NCBI GenBank assembly: GCA_018398765.1
Contig: JAHBMJ010000112.1
Location: 186,001-244,247 of the forward strand
Direction: 5' to 3'
From: Chromera velia
Lineage: Eukaryota
Length of the DNA stretch: 58,247 nt
The position numbers and the translations under genes were made by a program. How positions within the stretch are numbered: the stretch's first letter is position 1; every line of letters starts with the position of its first letter. The notes beneath the pieces are model-generated. The model saw only the letters and a program-made list of their open reading frames with translations, was not told the DNA's origin and did no database searches. This document shows, piece after piece, positions 51,180 to 58,247 of the stretch.

Positions 51180-51775
51180 TGGCCCCGGAAAGCGAAGCAG
51201 GGTGAAAGACCCTAAAAGCCAGTAGATCTTCTCAACTAGAAGCTTATCATTAGAGTCTCTTAAGATCTTCTTACAGGGAAAGACTGAAGGACGGGATACA
51301 TTGTATATTCCCGTTCCTTTCATTGTTCAGCCGTTTCATCTCATTGTATTTTATGAGCATGCTACTATTGATTGCAATTAATTCAAATTGCATGAAGAAG
51401 CATGCACATGCATGCATACAGCTCGGCATGGCTCATCAATCTATAAGGCGGCGCGTATGGCGGCCGGCACTTCAGGCATGGCGGCTCAATACAGGGGGCA
51501 CTTAGAAAATAGAAATACCCCAGCCCACGTGCGTGCACGCTGTCTTTCGGCAAAAACCCGGCCCCGAAAGGCTGAATGTGCGCCAAATGTGCATGCGTTA
51601 GGTGGCTCCGGAAAGCAAAGCGGGGGGTACTTAGAAAACAGAAATTCCCCAGCCCACGTAGCCCCAGAAAGCGAAGCGGAGGGCACTTAGAAAACAGAAA
51701 TACCCAAGCCCATGTGCATATACGCTGTCTTTCGGCAAAAACCTGGCCTCGAAAGGCTGAATGTGTACCATGCGT
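51180..51775. repeat. Modular direct repeats: ~90-bp unit x2 plus partial units
   Basis: GGGCACTTAGAAAA(T/C)AGAAATACCC..CGCTGTCTTTCGGCAAAA..GAAAGGCTGAATGTG at ~51496-51585 and ~51681-51770, partial at ~51624-51660. The module CC(G/A)GAAAGC(G/A)AAGC occurs at ~51185, ~51608 and ~51664. Confidence 0.8.
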
Positions 51776-52271
51776 GCGTCAGATGGGGCGTTTACCCCCG
51801 GGCTTTTTTTCTGGGCGGGGGGAGAGTTCCGCGGCTTTTCCCGTGAGGGGGGGAGGGGAGGGGGACGGTCGACTAGCCGGCGTGCGTCAATCGTGCAGTT
51901 GTCATTTTTCTTGCTTTCCAGGGCCGTTCGCAAGCTTGCTTGCGTCAGATGATTGAGGGTTATACATATGTATGCATGCCGCATCATCGTTCAGACAGTC
52001 TTTTTGCACGACGTTAAATAAGCCGCAGTAAAAGGGATTAATGAGCAGTGTTCCTAGATTCAGAACAGATGGGACGAACCGGAACCTTTTGACAGACTAG
52101 GCTAGATCCGCCCCTCATACACGGGGACGCGGCATGCATAACAAAAACCTCAATCCATTTTTGCACGACGTTTCTTTTTAGAGCCTGCATGGGTTTAGTC
52201 TACGGACGATTTTTTACTGGGCCCCGGCATGCCACTGGAGCCTGTGGAAGTGGCATCCTGCATGTATTAAT

Positions 52272-55200
52272 ATGTCATTGCATGTCAGACTGTGGGTGAT
52301 GAAAGCATGTGTTGTTGACGGAATCCTGTCTGTCTCAGTGAAGAAAGAAGGTCTCATGCCAGAGCACCATGGAGAAAGTCGTATCAACACCTACGGATTT
52401 GTACGTTCTGACACAGATGCCATTGCCTGGGGAGAGGAAAAGCCGCATCGCATCTCCCCACTGAGACGGTAACTGCATGAGACTGTTGGGTGGCAACGAT
52501 GTCAAGAGTTTCCTGAAAGACATCCACAATTCCTCCCAAGTTCGATCATGTGAGCCATACTTCGCTTCTTTTCCTCTATCTTTGCCCCTATTTGCCTGTT
52601 ATCTCTTGATCTCATGCTGTTGATCAATACAAAAGCCCCAACTTTCACGGAGCCTCTTGTTTTGTACGTTCGTCAATCTCTCTGTACATCCATCCTTCGT
52701 ATCTGGGGTTGTAATCTCAGTCACTGCTTTCCGTTCTGTGCACTTTGCTTGTTCTCAACCCAAAAGAACAGCCTTGTCCCTTTTCTGTTCTTTTCAATAT
52801 CCTTGTTCCAAAGCAGTTAGGTGGATTCCGGAAAGGGAAGTCTTGAAGAGAGCTGGAAGTGCGGGTCCCCTCTTCAACGCAACTCCTGGAAACGACGGAG
52901 GTCAACGTGTGGCATTTGTGCTCGGGGAAGCGTACCAGCAGCTGGCTTCGAGCCCCTGAAGCTGGTGGGTCTTCTCTTTCCTTTTCTTTCCTTTCCGTTC
53001 CCTTCGTTTGATTCTTTTGCCCTTGCTTGTGACAAGCTGTGGACAGGGCGACTGTTGGTGCCTGGTGTCTCCGACATTCAGTCCAGAAAACCTGCGATTG
53101 AGGAGCAGTAACGTTTTTTCTCTGACAGGATGACTGAGCAGTCCGCTCGTGAAGTCAACAGCTGCGGGGTTTGTGGCTGCTGGCACTTCCTCTGAACCCG
53201 CTCTGCTCCTTTCTGATAGTGCCTTGGAAAGAAAGAGGGCTTCATGCTGTGTGGTATTTCCTGCATTTTGCCGATTGCTGTTTCTTTCCGTTTGTCTGCG
53301 TGCAGGCGGGCACAAACTCCGACAGTCGCCGACGGGTAGGCCAGCACACACACACACACGCTTTCTTGCGGCTCGAAAACAGACAAAAGGAGCAGTAACT
53401 TTTTTTCTCTGACACGTCGACCGAGCAGTCCTCGGAACATTGCCTTCACTTCGTGAGACCTGGTGAGGGCTGAGGGTGGGTGAGGAGGAGAGAAAGAAAT
53501 AGGTGGAGGTCGATGCGTCTTCTCGTCTTCAGCTTGGAGTGTGGATTGTCTCGTTGTTGTCTTCTGTGTGGGGGATTGTCTGGCACTGCAGCCAAGCATC
53601 GATGACACCGTCGATCCTATGTAGAAACAGAGCAGGCCTTTTTTCTTTCTTTTGTCTGTGTAGCTCGGTGTCTCTTTGTACTTCCTCTCCGCGCCTTTCT
53701 TTTCTGTTCTGGGACTTCAAGGTTGCAACATGGAGGACACGTTGATATTTCCTCCATTCCATCAATCGCTTTCGGTCTCCTTTTGCAGGCAGGCAAGGAA
53801 GCTAAGAGGTGAAAGCAGGCTCCGAAAGGAAAAGGGCAACGGAAAGGGATGCGCTGGTCTCCTTGTCACTGGGGGCAGTCGTCAATGGAAGAGGCACCGA
53901 ACTCAATTTCCCTCTCACAAGGATGAAGGAGGCCCCCCTGTGCAGTGAGCCCTTTGTTTCCGAAGGGGGAAAGATGGGAGCACGTGTCAATGTGTTGATG
54001 AACTTCAGTCCTGCTTCTCCTCTACCGTTCTTCTTCGATCCAATTTCTTTTTCCTTTCTTTTTCTTTCCAGTTTCTCCTCGCTGCACAACCCTTTCCATC
54101 GACCTTTTCCTCCACCCACCCTTAGTGGTATGAGAATGCACCAAGTTGAAGCTGTGATCAAACCATCGCGCAACAACATCACAGCTGGGTTTCCGGTTCA
54201 TCTGCCGTCGACATCCCTACTGGTGATTGGTGCCCGGTTTGAATAAGCAGGCCTGTCCTCACGTCCTTTTCCCGCGTCAGACTTTTAATTCTGTTGGTAA
54301 TCTGCATGTGTGTCCGGGTGCCCGCCTGCAAGGCCATGCCTAGCTATCGATGGGTGCGTGCATGATGAGTGCGCTCACACAAGGGCTGGTACGCAGGAAA
54401 GGCACTCAGGGCGGGAGGGACCAGTGCCAAGTAGGCCTGGGAACTCCCTAAAAGCCTCGGGACCTGTGTGGGGGTTCCTCGTCTCTCTGTGTGTACTTAC
54501 GTATTTGTGCAGATCGATCGAAAGGAAGAACCTGATCGACCTGGCTGCCTGCCTGATCAACTTTTGCGCACCCACGAGGTCAGTCAGCGTAGATGGGTTC
54601 ACCCTCTACATTGCCCGTCGCCTCATTGAGGGCCCATGAGTTGTGGATGGTTTGGGGCGTTTTTTGTGGGTGCAGGTGCTTTCGGCCGAGCCACTGCCAG
54701 GCTCTTCTGCTAATTCCAGCCACCGCATTTGTTGGAATGAATGAATGCATGTGATCATGCGAAGGTGCGCGTGCAGGATTTGACCCAGCTGCTTTGAATT
54801 TATTTCGAGACGATTGCGTGCAGGCAGGTGCATGGGTTGGTTTCTGAGCACAGGCTTGGGTCGCCCTAAACGTCCTCCGTTGGTCCCAGCAGGCGTCCAA
54901 GGATGGCGTGCGTCGAGGTTGACGCCTTAATTCGTTCCCTGAGACGGAAGAAGATCGATGCGTGTCCTCTCCTCCGCACGATCTGCAGCCTGTCTCCTCC
55001 ACTCTTTGCTCTCTCAACCATTACTTGGCTCCCTGTTACAAGCTTAGGTGCTCAGTATAAAAGCTTCGAAGTTTCAATGCGATTCGTCCGTCTGATGAGT
55101 AGTTTGAGTTTTCCGTAGATCTCCGAATGAGGTTTCGATCAGTCGGTTGGCATTCGATTCAGAATTTCTTTGTCAGCTGACATTCAGTCTCGATTTCAAG

Positions 55201-56123
55201 TTGCTTCGAATCTTGGGCTCAGGTGTTCGTCTCTCTCCGAGTTCTTCGTTCTTGTTTCCGCAGAGACTCATTCAAAAGAGCAGACAGTAGACGTCCCCTT
55301 CGTTTGCTTCCAGCAGTCTGCCGGCCTGTCTGTTTGCCAATTTCGGAGGGGGAGACCCTGTAGCCTTAGTTGAACTGTCCGATTGACCCGTTGAACAAAC
55401 GAAGTCGTGGCCGTTGCTTGTCATTTCTCACTCACTGAACATTCTTCTGATTCTTCTGTGCGGTCGTTCAAAGTGAGAGGCAACAGGCATTGAAACTCTG
55501 ACTGCGCGCTCATCGGGTTCTCTCGTTGGGGTCAGGTAGTCAGGGGAGTTCCTCACGCTTCTTGGTTGTGAAGGGAAGCCCGACTTCGTTTGACGCTCCG
55601 ACGTATCTTTCCGGAGCGGTGGGAGAGAGAAGATCAGGGTCGCCTTTCTTCGTTTCTCTCATGCAGGGTCTTTTCAGATTCGGTCCCTCTCCCTCTGTCT
55701 GTCTGTCTTTCCTTCCCTCCTTTCCCCTCTCTCAGTCTCTTCTTGCTCCGCTTGTTCACTTCGATCGACTCTCCATCAATCGCCCTCATGTCTGTGCGTA
55801 CGTGCCTTCTCTCTCTCGACAAAATCATTTTGCGTCCTCCGTAACTAGTTGCCGTATTGATGGCTTTCGTTTTGTTTGTCATGTTGTGGCCTCTCTCTTT
55901 GCTCCTGCCTTCCTCTTTTCGTTGCTTTGCCTTTCCTGCCTTTCCCTCCTCCAGTCGTTTCACCCCCTGTCTCTCTCTCTTTTCGTGTTTGTCAGTTAGT
56001 GCCCGTCTCCTTCTTTTCTCTCCCTGCTTGCTTTGAGTCTCTTTGTTTTCTCAATCATCAGTCTCCGGGCCTTGTGGAATCCTGGGTTCTTCCCAGAGGT
56101 CAGTACGTGACCAACGTGTCCAC

Positions 56124-56159
<36 letters not shown>

Positions 56160-57420
56160 CGATCGATCGATCGATTACTTGTGTTTCCTTCCATGTCGCT
56201 CTGAATTCACCGGTTTGAACTTGGTTCTGCCTGCAGGGAAGACCCTCCATCTTGACAGGCACTTGATCGGCTTCTGGATCGATCGAGAAACGGCCGGCAG
56301 ATCTGAAGGGACCTGGTAACAATCTGATGGAGAACGCGTATTTATGGATAGAGTTGTCAACGTGCGTGGTCCCTTTTGGGGCTCCTCACAAATGAGGGGT
56401 GGTTTTTCTTCACCTTCCTAGTAAAGTGGGGGGGTTGAAGGAGACTGACCTGGCCAGATTATGTTGCGATGGTGAGTTCTTTTGAGGAAACTTCTGCGTG
56501 ATGGGCAGGCAGGGAGTGGTGTTTGTCGTATGTGTGAATAAGAAGCCAGTGGAAGGCAGGCAGGCAGGCAGAAAGGAGGGAAGGAAGGGAAGACAAAAAG
56601 GGAGGTGGACCGAGGTCTGAGAGCTCCATGGGGCAGCCCAGGGGCTCTATTCTTGAGCGCTTTTCTGTCTCCTTGCTTTTCTTTTGATTGCTTTCGTCTG
56701 TCTTCCTTCCAGTCTCTCTGATGTGATGTGGGTGAAAAGACAGTCAAAGAAAGAGTGAAGCCGTCGCCAAATTAAGGTTTCAAGGACTCGCCTCATGCTC
56801 TTTCTTTCCTGACTTTTTTTAATGTCCTCAAGATTAAGTGAGACAGTGCGAGGTTCCATCTGCTTCTTTATACAGCCATCGTGCCAGCCATTTGCTTCTT
56901 CTCTGTATCCGCTGCCGTTCGCATTGTTTCTCTTCCCTCCTTCCTTCCCTCCTTTCTTTCTTTTCTTTCCTTCCTTCTTTCTTTCCTTTCTTGCTTTCTG
57001 TATGTGTTTGTTTGTTTACTTCTGCCTGCTTGACTGTCTTCAGAAAAGGGCAAGTGGCTCGAGGAGATTCAGCGCGAGACGCTGGATTTGAAGGAGGGAG
57101 AGACTTTTGCAGCCACACCAACTTGAGACTCAGCGCTGTCTCGGGGGAGAGTGAAAGGAACACTGAGGGAGACAGAGGTCCGAGATGCATCACAAGATGG
57201 TTGTGTGCTCTACCGCGCTCCCTCCCTCCCTCAAAGTTTCTTTTCGCTCTTAATTGTGTGAAGACACAGAGTGAAGTGAGAAGTGAAGATAGAGAGGCAG
57301 TCTCGGGTTCATGTGAGAGATTCATGAGAGGGACGTTCACGCGTGGAGCACCGTATCAAATTAGCGAGCGAGTCGGTAATGTCACTCACAGATTGGAGCC
57401 GTGGCCGCAGCTGGGGTGTA
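52272..57420 (+). pseudogene. Possible degenerate multi-exon gene(s) of unknown function
   Basis: Coding-like blocks after pyrimidine tracts ending in AG (52821-52945, ~53790-54005, 54127-54246, 54513-54639, ~57042-57210) alternate with microsatellite-like introns. No motif recognised and no consistent splice model derived. Confidence 0.25.
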
Positions 57421-58247
57421 TGTATTGCTGCGTATGACCGACTGGCCGATCTGAGGAGTTGACAGCGGCGGGGCTGGGGATAGTGTGTCTCTCGAAGGAG
57501 ATCGACCGTTTCGCCTTCACCTGTGGCGGCGGTGCGTCTGGTGCATGACCTGACAATCTAATGTGTCCCCTCCTCTCAAGTCCTGAAGAGAAAAGAACGC
57601 ATGCACGGATGGCTGGTCATAGACATAGACATGCACAGGTGGGTATGCATGTGGAATGTGAAATTCGGATGTGTGGGTGGGTTGAGTCAGAACGGGAACT
57701 CCGCAGTCAGGGGCGGGGAGTGCGGGGGCCTGCCTCTTCATATCCTCTTCGTGCAGGCAGACGATCGAGCTGCGTCTGTGCGTCGACAGCACATGTGCTT
57801 AAGCAGACGAAGGAGGCGGCTAACTGTTCGTGAAGGAAGGCTTTAATCGAATTGGTTGAAGCGATCGGGATGCGTGGCCCTATAGCGAGCGATTTGATTT
57901 GGCAGCTGGACAGTGCGTTCTGACACACACGCACACAAGTCAGTCAGTCAGTCAGTCGGGCGTCTCTGAGGGGATACATTACGCATCTCAGCAAAAGAAC
58001 GAAACATGCGATTTGCTGTCGGCGCGAAATTTTCCCATCTTTGACGCATGCTGCACTCCTGAGCTGAAAGGTGAATTGAAGTGAACAAGAGAAATGTACG
58101 GAGATGTGCAGACCCGCTCATTTACGTCTGTGAATGAATGTATGTACTTTGTTCTTCCTGTGTAGCACTCTCTCATGCCATGTACCAAGGTGTCAAACAA
58201 AGAACTCGATCAAGGAAGAAACCACCCAATTGGCTTGGTTTATCTTC

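Noticed and set aside
51795..51880. Helitron 3' end (GC hairpin plus CTAG)
   Set aside because: The hairpin is imperfect and far from the CTAG, which is not followed by T, and no 5' TC end was identified

Overview
Eukaryotic, intron-dense genomic window with microsatellite-rich introns, frequent TGCATG(CA) motifs and three N-gaps. The style resembles a chromerid/alveolate such as Chromera (inference only). Two apparently intact multi-exon genes sit head-to-head. On the minus strand (9472-20212) is a dual-specificity phosphatase (HCREGVSRS) with gelsolin-like repeats and an MGGQVS N-terminus. On the plus strand (20995-25882) is a JmjC-type Fe(II)/2-oxoglutarate oxygenase. The flanks hold decayed mobile DNA: two full-length Copia-order LTR retrotransposons (30167-37616 +, TSD AGATG; 44648-50662 -, TSD CATGG), a 5'-truncated LINE (~27155-29290), three non-autonomous TIR elements with 8-9 bp TSDs, a 38-bp minisatellite, and possible pseudogene exons. 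The most striking signal is a repeat-restricted C>T/G>A hypermutation, with many changes at CpA/TpG as well as CpG. It turns CAG/TGG codons into TAG and accounts for nearly all LTR-pair differences, resembling fungal RIP in an apparently non-fungal genome. Other oddities are a Copia-order element with a gypsy-like integrase plus a possible royal-family-like insert, and short duplications of splice junctions inside introns of both intact genes. Counts were made by eye and no database searches were run.
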